DNA of 61,332 nt, the filler included, from Sphacelaria rigidula (Eukaryota), in the NCBI GenBank assembly GCA_964200075.2. It is 8 parts of 8 records of this genome, joined end to end, with 100 filler letters (N's around TTAATTAATTAA, not from the genome) between each part and the next. Parts side by side here need not be neighbours in the genome. Positions count along the whole stretch, not along the records: positions 1 to 7,579 come from CAXNAA020014247.1; positions 7,680 to 15,258 come from CAXNAA020014248.1; 6 more parts are not named here. One strand, 5' to 3'. Made by a program: the position numbers and the translations under genes. The stretch's first letter is position 1, and each line of letters opens with the position of its first letter. This document shows, in pieces, positions 1-12,700 of this stretch. Under the pieces are notes generated by a model, which ran no database searches, was not told the origin of the DNA, and saw nothing but the letters and a program-made list of their open reading frames with translations.

Positions 1-78
1 ATGAGTTGCTTTATTTTCTGGTATCGCCACTTCCAGAGACAGCCACGGCTTATACACTGCCTCATGGGTGTCTCGCCG
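1..78. repeat. Dispersed repeat family R1 (SINE or non-LTR 5'-region-like), partial copy
   Basis: TTCTGGTATCGCCACTTCCAGAGACAGCCACGG...CTCATGGGTGTCTC recurs at about 35640-35700, 36155-36220 and 54890-54950. Confidence 0.7.
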
Positions 79-195
79 TGGGGGGGGGGGGTAGTCCTGT
101 CTCTTGACAAGACGGACTGATTCCGTTGGCAAGACCGTACGAGGGTACACATTTGATGATGACCTAGAGATGGACCACGAGATTCGTTCAACACA

Positions 196-675
196 CCATT
201 TTGGACTCTGTTTCTGGCATCTGTGGGCTGTCGCTCTCAGCGCCCAGCTCGCAGATCGCCAGTAGATCGTACATGGCTTTGGCGTACACCTTAACGAACT
301 TCCAGACAGGGTGTGATTTGTGTGGGGATTTGAACATCTTGTGCGCGCTGACTTGACTCTCGCAACTGTCATGTCTACCTTAGTTTGCGGGGGTCAACCA
401 ACAGCGGGGGCCGCAGCCTGCTGCACGCCCTCTTCATCGTCAGAGTTCGTTCAGAGCTGCAGACGTGCGCACGTGTGGTCTACAGCTGCAATGTGATCGC
501 GTCTGTGTGCCTGTCAATAAACCCCCATGTTTGTCTGTTTCTCTGTCTCTTACCCCGCACAATACCCCCGACCCCAAAACTATCGGTAAAACTATCGGTC
601 CAATTTTTCTATGTTCGGTACAACATATGTCGACCGGTATAGTATCAAATGTATCGGTGCCGGTGCATAACCCTG
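196..675 (-). mobile_element. 5' end of a decayed hAT-like DNA transposon with a BED-finger-like remnant
   Basis: The minus strand starts CAGGGTTATGCACC at 675 (hAT-type terminus), followed by subterminal ACCGATA repeats (about 580-660). It then encodes KSHPVWKFVKVYAKAMYDLLAICEL (about 245-320), resembling the S-x-V-W-x-x-F...C start of BED fingers. No other end was found. Confidence 0.45.
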
Positions 676-3026
676 GTTTTCCCCACTTTTTTGTTTTTCT
701 TCAGCGAGCCTTTTCGCTTTGTTTACCTTGTTGCCACGGCTGAGTCCCTCGGGGATAAGGTAATGTGCACTAATCGATCCATCAGTTCGCCCAGGATGTG
801 CGCTACCGTAAGCACCTTCGCTTTTTTTTCTCCGACTTCCACAAAGACATGTTTGTTGGAAGAATTAACTACTGATCTCTTTGAGTAACGTCGCATCACA
901 CAAACCTCATCATCACGTAATGGGTCTGATGATATTCTTGGAATATTGTTGGTGAATGCGTGGAGGGGGTGTACTCATGATCATGCATGCTATAGTCAAC
1001 ACACCATTGGTGAGTCCATGGGGGGGACTTATGGTGCAGTCAGACCGGAAGGGTTCGATTGTTGTTGTTCTTGCTCACAGTACAAGAAAAAATGTATCGA
1101 TTTTCGTGCGATCACATACGGATAGAGGCACACGCGCGATGAAAGATGTCGGACCCGCCGACTGACTCCCTCTTGACTTTTCGCAAAACCAACGTTTCAG
1201 CAAGTGGGCCGATGATAACACAGTCAAGCAGTTTTCCTTATGGGACTTTGGTCCAATTAGAAAACTGCGCGTGCTGCTTTGGCCAACAAATCCTAAAACT
1301 ACGTGTCACTTCGTTTGTCGGCATCATGCTTCGACTGCGAGCATTCCTGGAAATACCGTTCAAAGAACAGACTAAAATATCAGAATCCACCGTGTGACGT
1401 CACCCATTCCAAAATTTTCTTTCGCTCTAGAATGGCGTCATCCAGCAGTCGACCAAGTAATATCGGCCAATCGGGAATTCCAAATTCAATTCCCTCTTCT
1501 TGTCTGTCTAGGCAGAAACACCACATTGTTCCAACTATGTCGAGTTTACCATAGACCACCCCTCGTCTTACAACGATATACAAAATCCGTACTCGCCACT
1601 AAAACAACAAACCTCATCACAAATCCAGGGCCGCTAAAGCTCGAGCTGTTACGGGCGGGGCGAAGCCTACGTGCACCAACCGAGGTCACACACACACGGG
1701 TAATGTATGTCCTCCCGCACGCCTACACCTGCAAACCCTTCGCCATGTGCTACTCGCCACACTCCTTCTGTTGCCTGTAAGGGGCAAAAAGACGGCCTAC
1801 ACGTGAAAACCTTTCCACTTCCAATCTAAGTACAAAACAGCTCCCCGGGACTCGTACACTAAGAGCATACAACAGAGTGTACACTTGGGCGAGAATTGAA
1901 ACTCATACCTCGGAAAAACCACACTCGTGTACAGATAACGCACACCTATACAACACCAAGGATAATGCCCCCACGCTACAAGTGACTGGGGGGCGACGGA
2001 GAAGCGCGTCGAAGGAGATCCTTCGGCTTACCTACACATGTTACCCCCATTCCCCAGTATATTACTCGAAAAAATGTTGAGTCGGGAGGTGGGTGGTGTG
2101 CTGGGGGGGAGGGGGAGATTGTGGTGCACCGCCTCTCCTTTGATGCGGTAGCGCGGACCACGCGCGGGTGGCGGGTTCGATGGCCCTTTCCAGCACCTAA
2201 TCCACAAGGTTGGCCAAGTTGGCTGGAGTAAAAATACAGGAAAATAAGAAAACCACACATGAAAAAGAATCAATAGAACCCTGAAGATCCAAAACATATA
2301 ATAACCTAACACTATGAAAAAATCGATTTTTGGGGCTGGTGTTTGCTCCAGAAATAAAACTTTTAGTCTCGACTCCGAACAAAGCATCTCCGGGTCGCAA
2401 CTGTATTGCAGCCAGAAAACCGTAAATAGGTTATTTTTACACACACCGGCAACACGCGTCCTCCCGCGCGTCTACTCTTTCGAAACCATTTTCCATATGT
2501 TACTCACGACATGCTTCTTGCGTTGCCTCTAAGGGGCAGAAAGATAGCCTGCAGGTGGACACCGCTCCGCTTTTAATCCAGCAATGAAACAACCCGACGG
2601 GGACTTCCAAGAACATACAAAGTACAAAAATAGACGTGGCCGGTGATTGAAACCAAAACCTAGGAAAACCGCATTCGGTCAAAGGTCCTCTTTTTGCTAT
2701 GCAACAGTATCATTGCAATCAGGTATCAGGAAGATCGTACACGGGTCATTTCTACAGTGTTGAAAGTATTGCAGCCTGAAATTCGAAAAACATACGTAGG
2801 TCAGTATTGCACTGTAAAGTAAGTCGCATATGAAGTGGAGAAAAATAGGGGGTACTTGAAAGCCGGGAAAAAACAACAGAAAACAGTTCTCCCCCAACCC
2901 GCTTTCCCCCGCCCACCCTCCCGTTTGCCACCGAACTAAACTCACAGGCACGCTTACCAACTCTCGAAACTATGACTCGAGACCGTACTCGCTCCTCCAA
3001 CACAAGTAACCGCTAAGTTATTTTGT

Positions 3027-4766
3027 TTAACATCCCCACAACTCGAGCTCAGAAAACTTCGTGTAGTTTCCGACGGCGTTACCCATGGGCACGATCCAGA
3101 CGTTGGCTACACGATTCTTGTTGGTGGTAAAAGTCTGTAACGTCTCGACCATGTTGGCCGTCTGGTTGTGGAGGGCCACTTCCCACGCGTGTGCAGTTGC
3201 CGACATGGTGTACACACTGAAGAACTGGTTTGCGAGGCTCCCTTCGAAGAACTCAATGTTTACATGGCTCAGGTAACTTTCTCCGATGAGCTTGAAATGG
3301 ATTTGGTCGTTGTCGAGGGGCTCAGCGTTGTGAGTGTTGTCGGTGCTCCACCGGGTGCTGTGGATGCCGTCGAACACATGCCTCACGTCATCTCCCGTTC
3401 TTTTGCTGTGATGGGAGGTGATCTCAACCGGGGAGAGCTTTTGCGGTGTGGGGCAAGCGCTTGCGTTGGCGTTAAGCCGGTGAATATCTGTGGCGACGGC
3501 CTCAACAGCAGAACCGCCGAATATAGCGTTGGTCTCAGGGTCCACCTCGGGGCCACAGATGCGTGTCTCTGTAAGGGAGGTCCAGTTATTAAAATCGTTT
3601 CCGTTGGACTCGAAGAGGATATACTTGGCTGTGTGGGATGGAAAGTTGAAAGTCTGGAGGATGTCCTTTTCACCGCTGGATTCCTGCTTGTCGATGACGA
3701 CCCACCAATCTTCGTCATCTTCGCCCTTGGTCGAGATGGTAAACGTCTGGATGCGCTCGTTTTCAGTGCGCATGAAGAATCCAAGCGAGATTCCGTCCAC
3801 CTCCTGTTCTTCGTCCAGCTCGAACATGTATCTGGTACTTTCGCGGTTGACCGATAATCGTGTGCTGAGGTCGGAGTCAAACAAGTGCACACCATGGTGG
3901 CCGTCGTCAATGTACTGCGAATGCTGCACATGAACATAATGCACCGCCAGCTCCACGGAGCACACGCTAAGCATTGGGGGGGTGCTTGTCTGCACCGAGT
4001 TCACTTCAAAATCCGATGGCTGAGGTAGACTTTCGTTGCTGGCAAAGTTGACGCCCGCAGTGAGTTCTTCGTTGTTGTCGTCGTCTAGATTAACGATAAG
4101 ATCATCGCCTTCGTCATCGTCTTGGCCGTTATCATCTTGGCCGCTATCGTCTTGGCCGCTATCGTCTGCGTCGTCGCCAACCACGCCGTCGTCGCCAACC
4201 ACGCTGTCGTCGTCACCCACGCCGTCGTCGTCACCCACGCCGTCATCGCCACCCACGTCGTCGTCGCCACCCACGCCGTCGTCGCCACCACCCACGTCGT
4301 CGTCACCACCCACGCCGTCGTCGCCACCCACGCCGTCGTCGCCACCACCCACGTCGTCGTCGCCACCCACGCCGTCGTCGCCACCACCCACGCCGTCGTC
4401 GCCACCCACGCCGTCGTCGCCACTCACGTCGTCGTCGCCACCCACGTCGTCGTCACCATCCCCGGCGTCGTCGCCACCCACGCCGTCGTCATCTGCGCCG
4501 TCACCACCTGCATCGTCGTCGGTGTCGCCGTCGTCGCCTTCGTCGTCACCACCTGCATCGTCGTCGGTGTCGCCGTCGTCGCCTTCGTCGTCACCACCCG
4601 CATCATCGTCCGTGTCGCCGTCGTCATCATCGTCCCCGTCATCATGGGTGTTGCTCACCGGAACACCCGCGCTTTCTCGACCGGGGAGGTCGCCGGGTTC
4701 GCTAGTGCATACAGCGGTGGTAAAGGAGAGTTGGAACTCAGCTCTCTTTTTGAAAGCTCCCTGGAC
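3027..4766 (-). CDS. Terminal exon of a protein with a Gly/Asp-rich repeat followed by two CBM32 (F5/8 type C, discoidin-like) domains
   Basis: Polypyrimidine tract and CAG acceptor at 4767-4769, in frame (phase 0) with an open 579-codon frame ending in TAA at 3027-3029. Domain 1 (about 3553-3950): DSDLSTRLS...GFF...ESSG...QTFNFP...AKYI...GNDFNNWTSLTETRI. Domain 2 (about 3030-3445): VFDGIHSTRWS...FFEG...LQTF...GN...YTKFSELELWG. Upstream exons were not identified. Confidence 0.85.
   Translation of the reverse strand, partial: VQGAFKKRAEFQLSFTTAVCTSEPGDLPGRESAGVPVSNTHDDGDDDDDGDTDDDAGGDDEGDDGDTDDDAGGDDEGDDGDTDDDAGGDGADDDGVGGDDAGDGDDDVGGDDDVSGDDGVGGDDGVGGGDDGVGGDDDVGGGDDGVGGDDGVGGDDDVGGGDDGVGGDDDVGGDDGVGDDDGVGDDDSVVGDDGVVGDDADDSGQDDSGQDDNGQDDDEGDDLIVNLDDDNNEELTAGVNFASNESLPQPSDFEVNSVQTSTPPMLSVCSVELAVHYVHVQHSQYIDDGHHGVHLFDSDLSTRLSVNRESTRYMFELDEEQEVDGISLGFFMRTENERIQTFTISTKGEDDEDWWVVIDKQESSGEKDILQTFNFPSHTAKYILFESNGNDFNNWTSLTETRICGPEVDPETNAIFGGSAVEAVATDIHRLNANASACPTPQKLSPVEITSHHSKRTGDDVRHVFDGIHSTRWSTDNTHNAEPLDNDQIHFKLIGESYLSHVNIEFFEGSLANQFFSVYTMSATAHAWEVALHNQTANMVETLQTFTTNKNRVANVWIVPMGNAVGNYTKFSELELWGC
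4100..4645 (-). repeat. Coding minisatellite of 15-21-nt units (GGDDGV / GGDDDV / DDSGQ) plus a 45-nt DDGDTDDDAGGDDEG unit
   Basis: Tandem CCACCCACG(CC/TC)GTCGTCG-type units on the + strand; the reading frame is preserved throughout. Confidence 0.9.
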
Positions 4767-6328
4767 CTGAGAGAGGAGGGGGGGGCGGGGGGGGAACACA
4801 GTACAGGAGAGGGAATTGCGGGATAAGGGGTAGGGGAAAGACAAGCAGATCCCAAAAAACATCAGGTTTGATCAAGAGGTTCGCGTACGTGCGAGTGTTC
4901 GGCACACGTTGTATGACTTGAGAGCGACAAAACCTGCTTTGAAAAAGGGACGACGAAGGGGATAGTATAAATATGTTTTGCCTAGTTTACCGAACACACT
5001 TGTTTTCAATAACTGTCGCACCGCACCTTCTCGCCACCTAAAAATTACGAGTGTAAACTTTCAAGCTACCACACTCCGCCGCTGTTGATCACCGAGCTAT
5101 GGCTCTGTGGATTGTACATTGACTTGGACCCAACAACTGAGACCAAAACAGGCGCGACTCGCCATTTGAGAAAACAAAAGAAATGATGAGCTTATTATCC
5201 TTTGCTTTTCGACAGAGAGCAAAAACTTCGTTCCATAACTAGTGGTCCAAAAAACGATCATCATAACATTTGATGCCACAATTAGCAGCCAAACTCCCGG
5301 CGACAGCTGGTCAAGAGGAAGCTGGCACTGCTACCCCGCCAAACACGACAGAACGCAGGTTAGTAGATTACCAGCAGCTAGCAAGCAACAGCTCACGAAC
5401 CGCGGGACGTACCCTGTACCCGTTGGCTTAGGCATGTACGCAGACTTCAAAGCAGTGTAAGGGGCGGAGATGGGGAGGTCTCTCTCCGGAGACGTATGAT
5501 GAGGAGGTGAATGGATTTAACTGAGATGGATGGAGAGATCCATAGATTCCTAGTCATTGCGCTCGGTAGGAAAAGGCGGATCTCACATCCACCCGTCGTC
5601 AAAGGTCCACCGTTGACACGTGGTTTTTGTCAACCGGAACCGTGACCATAACCAGACTCCTCACCCCAGGCAGACTGGGAACATTTGGGCAAGGGAAACT
5701 CAGAAAGCGTCTGAGGACAGGTGCGCGTTGACAAAGCTCAGACCGCCGCTTAGTGCCCACATAGAAAAACTCGAAGCCACCCATCGACTTTTGATGATTG
5801 GTGGGGGCAAACTCTTCTGGAGTGTCAATAAATCGTGTATTATCGGGACGGTGCAAATTGCGGTCCGTACAATTAGACAGAATGCTATTACGTCCCGTTA
5901 TTCATCCCTACGATAGATACCACCCCCTTCAAAACAAATCAGGATCGATCCTGGGTTTTTTTGTGCGTCGTACAAATTGTTGAGAAGCGTTCCGGGACTT
6001 TTGTGAAAAACTGTGTCACGGCTGTTCGAAATATCAGCTTTAACACACATCGAGATCACCGGGGGACACATACGGAGGGGTGATATACACCTGAGGCGCA
6101 ACCACGTATCAACTTCCTTGACCTAGAGCCCCCGACTAATCGAAGTGTGCATGGCTCCACCCATAGCTGTTGATCAACTGGAAACGATGTCCGTCCGTAG
6201 TTTGGAGGAAAAGCTGCTCTGATTTAAAAAGAATTCAATGATTCGCGTCAGACCCTCCACACAAAAACACCGGCAGAGGGTGAACGACTGGGCGTTTGGC
6301 GATTTTGTAGACATGCACGAGGCCACCC

Positions 6329-6716
6329 TGTTAAGATACTGATTGGCTGCTGAGCTAAACAGCCAGCGCCGGCTTTTTAGCTCAGCAGTCAACGGGTATC
6401 TTGGAAAAAGCTAAGTTCGGTGGGTCCGTCGCATGACCCCGAGTACTCACACCCCAGGGTTGCTATCCCTGTAACCACCGCTATTAAGTTCACCCGGTAG
6501 ACTTCGACCGCACCTGGTGCTCAACATCGAAGTCTAGTTATTTGGCTTTTTTTCTTCTTCTTCGTACCACCGCAGTCTTGCGACATCGAAGAATGCTTTG
6601 GCTTGTGCAGGGATTCGAACACGAGAACTTAGCTTTTTCTGAAGAAACTGGTTGACTGCTCAGTTAAACAGCCAGCGCTGGCCGTTTAGCTCAGCAGTCA
6701 ACCGGGTGTCTTAACA
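6329..6716. mobile_element. Foldback MITE with TGT...ACA termini, about 90-bp TIRs each containing a palindrome, and a 5-bp TSD
   Basis: Starts TGTTAAGATAC and ends GTGTCTTAACA. CACCC flanks both sides (6324-6328 and 6717-6721). Each arm contains CTGCTGAGCTAAACAGCCAGCGC(T/C)GGC...TTTAGCTCAGCAG. Confidence 0.85.
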
Positions 6717-7579
6717 CACCCCATCCTCCAATACTGGATCTATTGCCGTGAACGAAGACCGCTGGGTTCAGATCAAATGCGCTTGGATGGCGGGCGCCTG
6801 TGCGTACTTATTCGGACTGGTTGTGTCGATGTGACGTGTTCAAGTCAATGTCCTCGTGCTGCAAATGTTCAGAGCTGTTTGGGCCTACGTCCAATGCAAG
6901 GAAAATCGATGTGGGAATTCAACATTTGTTCTCGAATGGACAACACTGGTCGCTGTAAACGAAACCCACGTTCCTCAATGAATTATAATCCTTTTTTTTC
7001 TTGTCCCGATGAAACACAGCCTGATATTAACAACTGAAACAACGAAAACACATGGGTACTATCTTGATTCTCATTCCCAACAGTGACGTTTTTTGCTTAT
7101 GGACGATTGACAAAACAGAAGACAAAGTCGTTTCATCATCCGATGTATGCGGCAGAACGTTTGACGCTTCACCATTAGAAGTTGGGGATGGAAGGATGGA
7201 GTCGGGGGTGGGGGTACAGGAGCAGTAGTCGCGGTGGGAGTCATGCTACGGTAGGGGTACACAATTTTTTTCTGGGGTTAGAATTGTTAGGGGCCATTTA
7301 TCTCATCCAAAACACACGACTTATGAAAATATGCGAGAGTACGCCAGGATTACTATTTCAATGGACTGGGGACATCCCGAATGAATCTGAAAACGGGGAT
7401 GCCCTTACCCATATTCTTGTGCGTCTAGAATCGTTAGGGGCCCCTGAACCCAAGGGCGCCCAGGAAAACTTTTTCTGAACCCACACTCACATTTTTGAAT
7501 TTGGGGCTGATTGAGGGGGCGGGGGGGGGGGGGGGGGGGGGGGGGTGGTTTGGTGTTGGGGGTGTGTTGGAGAAACTAC

Positions 7580-7679
7580 NNNNNNNNNNNNNNNNNNNNN
7601 NNNNNNNNNNNNNNNNNNNNNNNTTAATTAATTAANNNNNNNNNNNNNNNNNNNNNNNNNNNNNNNNNNNNNNNNNNNN
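7580..7679. other. Artificial 100-nt linker (44 N + TTAATTAATTAA + 44 N); identical linkers at 15259-15358, 22938-23037, 30617-30716, 38296-38395, 45975-46074 and 53654-53753
   Basis: Linkers recur every 7679 nt; 8 x 7579 + 7 x 100 = 61332, the window length. TTAATTAATTAA gives stop codons in all six frames. Confidence 0.97.
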
Positions 7680-7771
7680 GACCCGGGGCTGGTCGGTATG
7701 GGGCCAATCCCCTGTCAAAAGGGGATTGTGAAAAAGGGGATTATCCCCTTCCTTAAGACAGGCCCTAAGCT

Positions 7772-8090
7772 GCCGTACCGAGCGTACCCCCGGTTTTTAC
7801 CGGGGTATCCCATACCGTGGTATGCCTGGGTATCGTAGGTATGAGCTTTGAAAATACCTGATTGAACGGGAATGGTAGGTCCTGGTATCTTGAAACACCG
7901 TGGTATCGTAGGTATCACAGGTATGACATTTGAAAATAGCCGACTGGGCAGATACGGTAGGTACTGGCATCTCGAAATACCGTGGTATTGTGGGAACGTG
8001 GGTATGACATTCGAAAATACCCGATTGAACCGGTATCGGTAGGGTGTGACATGTCCCAAATACCGGTACCGGGTACCTGCCATACCCTTC
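7772..8090. repeat. Non-autonomous element with an 82-bp tandem core (short copy)
   Basis: Unit marker TAC(C/T)GA at 7855, 7937 and 8018. Unique ends are shared with 9090-9732; hairpin CCCCGGTTTTTACCGGGG near the left end. Boundaries approximate. Confidence 0.8.
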
Positions 8091-9089
8091 ATACCAAGTT
8101 AAAAACTGTAATCCGGGAGTGCGGAGAAGCGTTTCATGGCGTGTCTTGGCAAAAACATGTGTATCGAAAACATGTGGCGGTGGAATTGATTTGAGCGATA
8201 ATAGCACACTTTTGTCCAGTTGGGTTCAATCGAATTTTCAAGCTTTTGATCGAAAAAAGACGGTGAAACTCGTAAACCGGTACATGGTCACTCGTGTACA
8301 GTTCGGACAGTATGTACCGTCTGCACTGCTTGCAAGCAGTGTGTCTCGAGTGCGTGCGTACGTGTTTCGTACAGTAAGATTTTCAAGAGAAGCGGGCAAC
8401 GTGCAGTGCAGACAGCCCAGGGCTATCAGTTCTCTCTGCTTACAATGCGACGTGAAAAGGACTCGAACAACGTGCAGCTTCGTACTGCCTGCACTGCCCG
8501 TAAGCGTGTACACAACTCGGTTGCCCACCGTACCACGCAGTTTCGTCGCTGGTCCTACCATGGAAAAAGATGCGCAAGTCTTCGCCAACAAAAAATGAAC
8601 AAAGCATACCAAACTACTGCAGCGTATCTGTCCCTGTGCTTAACTCATATTCGATGCTGCAGGGTGGGGACGGTGGCTGAGAATGAGTTGCATCGAGTTA
8701 GAATGGTTCTGTGAACGGGTGTTCTCTGGCGTGGTGGTCTTCAAGATAGGAGTGAAGTGTCGCTTCGTGCCTTTCAACCACATGTTTCCGATCAAAAAAG
8801 CTTGGCTTCTTTGTTTTTGTAGTTTTTCTCGCGCGCCACTAATGACAAATTGGGATTGAAGCCTTTTTGGAACAGATATGAGGTGGACCTACCAGTTCGA
8901 GAAAAAAAATCGATCGCACTTCAGACAACATAATAATGACTTCTCTCAGATTGATTCAAATGCCCAAATCAGGAGGACGGCGAGTATACATTACTTGTGA
9001 AAACAAGACGTACCTGCTTCGACAACTTCTGGCCATTGCATAATAAGTTGGGACCAGCTGCTGCACCGTGGGGAGTGCATCGCGTCTTG

Positions 9090-9732
9090 TATTACCGGGT
9101 ATATCCCCAGTATTTACCGCGGTATCCCATACCGTGGTATGCATAGGTATCGTAGGTAGGGTTTTGAAAATACCCGACTAAGCGGGTACGGTAGGTATTG
9201 AGATCTCGAAATACCGTGGTATCGTAGGTATCGTAGGTATGACTTTTTAAAATACCTGATTGAGCGGGTACGGTAGGTACTGGTATCTCGAAATAACGTG
9301 GTATCATAGGTATCGTAGGTATGAGGTTTGAAAATACCTGATTGAGCGGGTACGGTAGGTATTGAGATCTCGAAATACCGTGGTATCGTAGGTATTGTAG
9401 ATCTGAGTTTTGACAATACTCGGTTGAGCGGGTACGGCAGGTGTTGAGATCTCGAAAGACCATGGTTTCGTAGGTATCGTGAGTATGACATTTGAAAATA
9501 CCTGATGGAGCGGGCACGGTAGGTACTGGTATCTCGAAATACCGTGGTATCGTGGGTATCGTAGGTACGACAAATGAAAGTACCCGAATGGGCGGGTACC
9601 GCAGGTATTGGTATCTCGAAACACCGTGGTATCGTGGGTATCGTAGGTATGACATTTGAAAATACCCGATTGGACCTGTATCGGTAGGGTATGAGATGTC
9701 CCAAATACCGGTACCGGATACCTACCTTACTC
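9090..9732. repeat. Non-autonomous element with an 82-bp tandem core (long copy)
   Basis: Unit marker at 9171, 9253, 9335, 9417, 9499, 9581 and 9663, an exact 82-nt period. Same flanking GGTATCCCATACCGTGGTATG and ATGTCCCAAATACCGGTACCGG as 7772-8090. Boundaries approximate. Confidence 0.85.
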
Positions 9733-12700
9733 ACGATGCCTGTGAAACTATCTTCACTTTACCCTTCGTATATGTTGTGCATTGCAAACCTTTTGCAGAA
9801 TCGGGCACGTTCACTGCGCGTTGAAATTCCCCCGGAAAATATCGGGGTCATGTGTACATAGTACAGCCTGAAATCCTACAGCATTCGTCACCATATGCTA
9901 AACTACCAGGGTTCACTTTGCCTTTTTTCCCTCATGGTATATTTACCTTGACAAAATCACAGCAGTTGGTGAATGGGACGTGACAAAAATCGATCACAAA
10001 TATCGCTTCCATCCAAACCGTCACCAAGCAAATGGCGTACTCCGGTTACAATCCAAGCCGTTACCGGGCAACTCATGAGCTCCCGTTCCCGTCCGAACAA
10101 TACTCGCGCAAACACTGCTATTCCTGTTGTTTGTCATCACTTTCTTGAAGAATACCGCACAAATATATTGCGACAGACTGCTGTACGGGAAAGCAATGAA
10201 TGAATTGCCGAAGGCAGTCGACATTACGTTACCTCAGTGGGACAGTGGGAAACGTCTGCTATGTTCGGTGACCAGGCCGAACTTTGAATGCCTGCCAGAC
10301 CTCTTTCAATCCTTCCCTTATCTTTTTCATCTTCTTGGATTACGTTTTTTTTTTTTCATTTTTTTCTAAAGATCCTGCGGGTTTCAGATGGTGAACACGC
10401 GCATACTGAGGCATGAATGCACTATATTACGCACCACACGAACACACACGCGACCGTAGGCAAGCACTTCAATTCTTGTCTGGAAGAAGATGGCCATTTC
10501 TTGCACGGTTTCTGATCACTGAACAAGCGCTTGATATTAGATGATTTCGGAAAACGTTTTTTTGTTGTTTCTGGGGGCAAACACCTGATCGAAACAACGC
10601 CAAGGGGATACCATATTTGACGGAGGGGGGAATTTTTTTCACTACATTCTGATCCTGAGATATTGCACTCGCAAATATCGAAATGCGTTTTCCGAAACTC
10701 TTTTTCACTGAGTGTAGATTTGAATTCAGTTTGTCGGGTTTTTTTCTTTTGGCTGCGACAGACTGTCTGTGTTCAATAGGCTGAGCTTGCATATGAGTTA
10801 TGCAAAGAACAAGTCCACGAGCGATTCCGTGATGCTCGAATGCTCAGGTATAAGCTACAATAGTGGGTTGCTTGCCACACGCTGAAGAAAATACCCACGG
10901 AAACAAGATACCGTACATGATCATCGTGGTGGCTGGGTCCTGTACCAATGGGTACCAGGGTGATCAGTCACCATCCAAACCTCAACGTGCACTACCGTGG
11001 TGGTTGGATACCGCGGTAAGTGGTTCCAACCTCAAGAGGTCATAGAGGAGTAAACCTTGGAAAACACAGCGGTGATGAAAAGCCAATGAGCAACAAGCGA
11101 ACGGAAGATGAAACACTGCCAGTCAGTGGTTCGCGGGCGATGAAGGGGCCAACACCCGCCTAACCCTTCTGGGCCACACCGGGCAGATTATGTGTAGTTT
11201 ATACAAGAATAGCGTGCTTCGGGGAGAACGTTCCCTATACGAGCTGGGCAAGCATGAAATCCCGCATTCCCTTTCCACACCTCTCAGGTTTCCCGAATCA
11301 ACGACACTTGAGCACACCACCGTAAAGTGCAGACCAGCCTTGGGTTACACGGCACCGCCGCTAAATGAAGAAATAAAACTGAAACAATGCACTGCATAAT
11401 ATATGGCCTTAACGTCGGACGAAAAAACAAAGAATATTTCGGGATTCGAACTCATTAACTCCATAATTGGAGTCTCCCGTATCACTTGAATTAAAGGGGC
11501 GCGCCCGTGTCACACGAAAGGTGCGATGCCGCGCCCGATTTGAGGAAGTTTTGGCCGGGTCTTCACCACAATGTCGTTGACGCGAGTCCCCGTATGTGTT
11601 GGAGCGTTTTCGTCGGTTTTTATCGACTTTTGAGGAATTCATAGCATTTTTTTGCCGTGTTTGCTGAAACTTCAACTCGCTCTAACTTCCCTCTTTTTGT
11701 TTCCCTCTGCACCCCCGATACGCTTGGGCGGGTTGGAAATTAAAATGTCAAGTCAAAAGTTCAGCGCCTACCAGTTTGAATTACCATGACATCCCCACTC
11801 TTCGTTCAAACATTACTGTCAGCTGGCCCAGCTCGTAGAATGATCGAGTGATTCTACACGGAGAGGCAAGCAAGCATGCCCTGAACAAAATGTTGTTTGT
11901 CAACACGTGTACCGCGTGCAGCCTCGATTATTGCGTCCATTGCAATAGAAAATGGATTTAATATTGAACGCAGTACATGTTTTGACCATGCAATCTATCG
12001 TCATTGTCCAGAGTATGCAAAGGAGACACGGACGTTGTATCGGGATTTGGGCCCTTCCGGGTTTATATTTCACTTAAATGTTTATTCACAGAACACTCCA
12101 ATATTCGATGGGCTATTTACAATAACTTTCGATTTTGAGATAAAGACAAACTGCGGAAACTCTACGCAAAGCGGGCTAGCGCTCCGTACACACAACCAGA
12201 AGTCAATGTACGAACACTGACGAGCATCTGAGAGGTCAGATTAACCGAGCGAACGCGACCGCTGCAACGCCCAGGAATGACAGGAGCTGCCACTCGTGCT
12301 CTTGGTAGCAAGGTGACTAGGAGCAAAGGTCGCCAGCAACTACTGGTCACCAGACTAGTGTGCACCTGGCTTCCGATGATACATCTGCCGCATAAACAAT
12401 ACAGTGTACCGTACCGTACGCTTGTTTTTGGCCATCGCCCCAGAAGACACGTCGTTCCTTCCATGACTTCGAGCTGGGAGATACGTCGGTTGTTGAAGGG
12501 ATCGATACAGATGGACATATGAATCCTGAGTGGTGCGGTGCCGTGCGATGCTGTGCTGCGCTGCGCCTCGCTGCTACCTCTCTCTGTACTGTACACTGTT
12601 GTTCATGTACAGCGACACCTTTCAGGGTATTTTTTTTATTCTCTCGTGTGCAGGTTCCGTTCAAACATTCATGTTCACAGCGTGAAATGTACTGAGATGA

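Noticed and set aside
3168..4826. Long plus-strand ORFs (229, 244 and 234 aa; S/P/T or V/A/T/H repeats)
   Set aside because: Antisense shadows of the CBM32/Gly-Asp exon.
7624..7635. TTAATTAATTAA as a biological motif
   Set aside because: Assembly spacer embedded in N runs, identical seven times.
9090..9732. CRISPR-like array
   Set aside because: The whole 82-bp units are homologous with no unique spacers, there are no cas genes, and the context is eukaryotic.
7715..9734. ORFs of 100-200 aa with YLRY/IPTIP repeats
   Set aside because: Open in several frames at once; a by-product of the 82-bp array (82 is not a multiple of 3).
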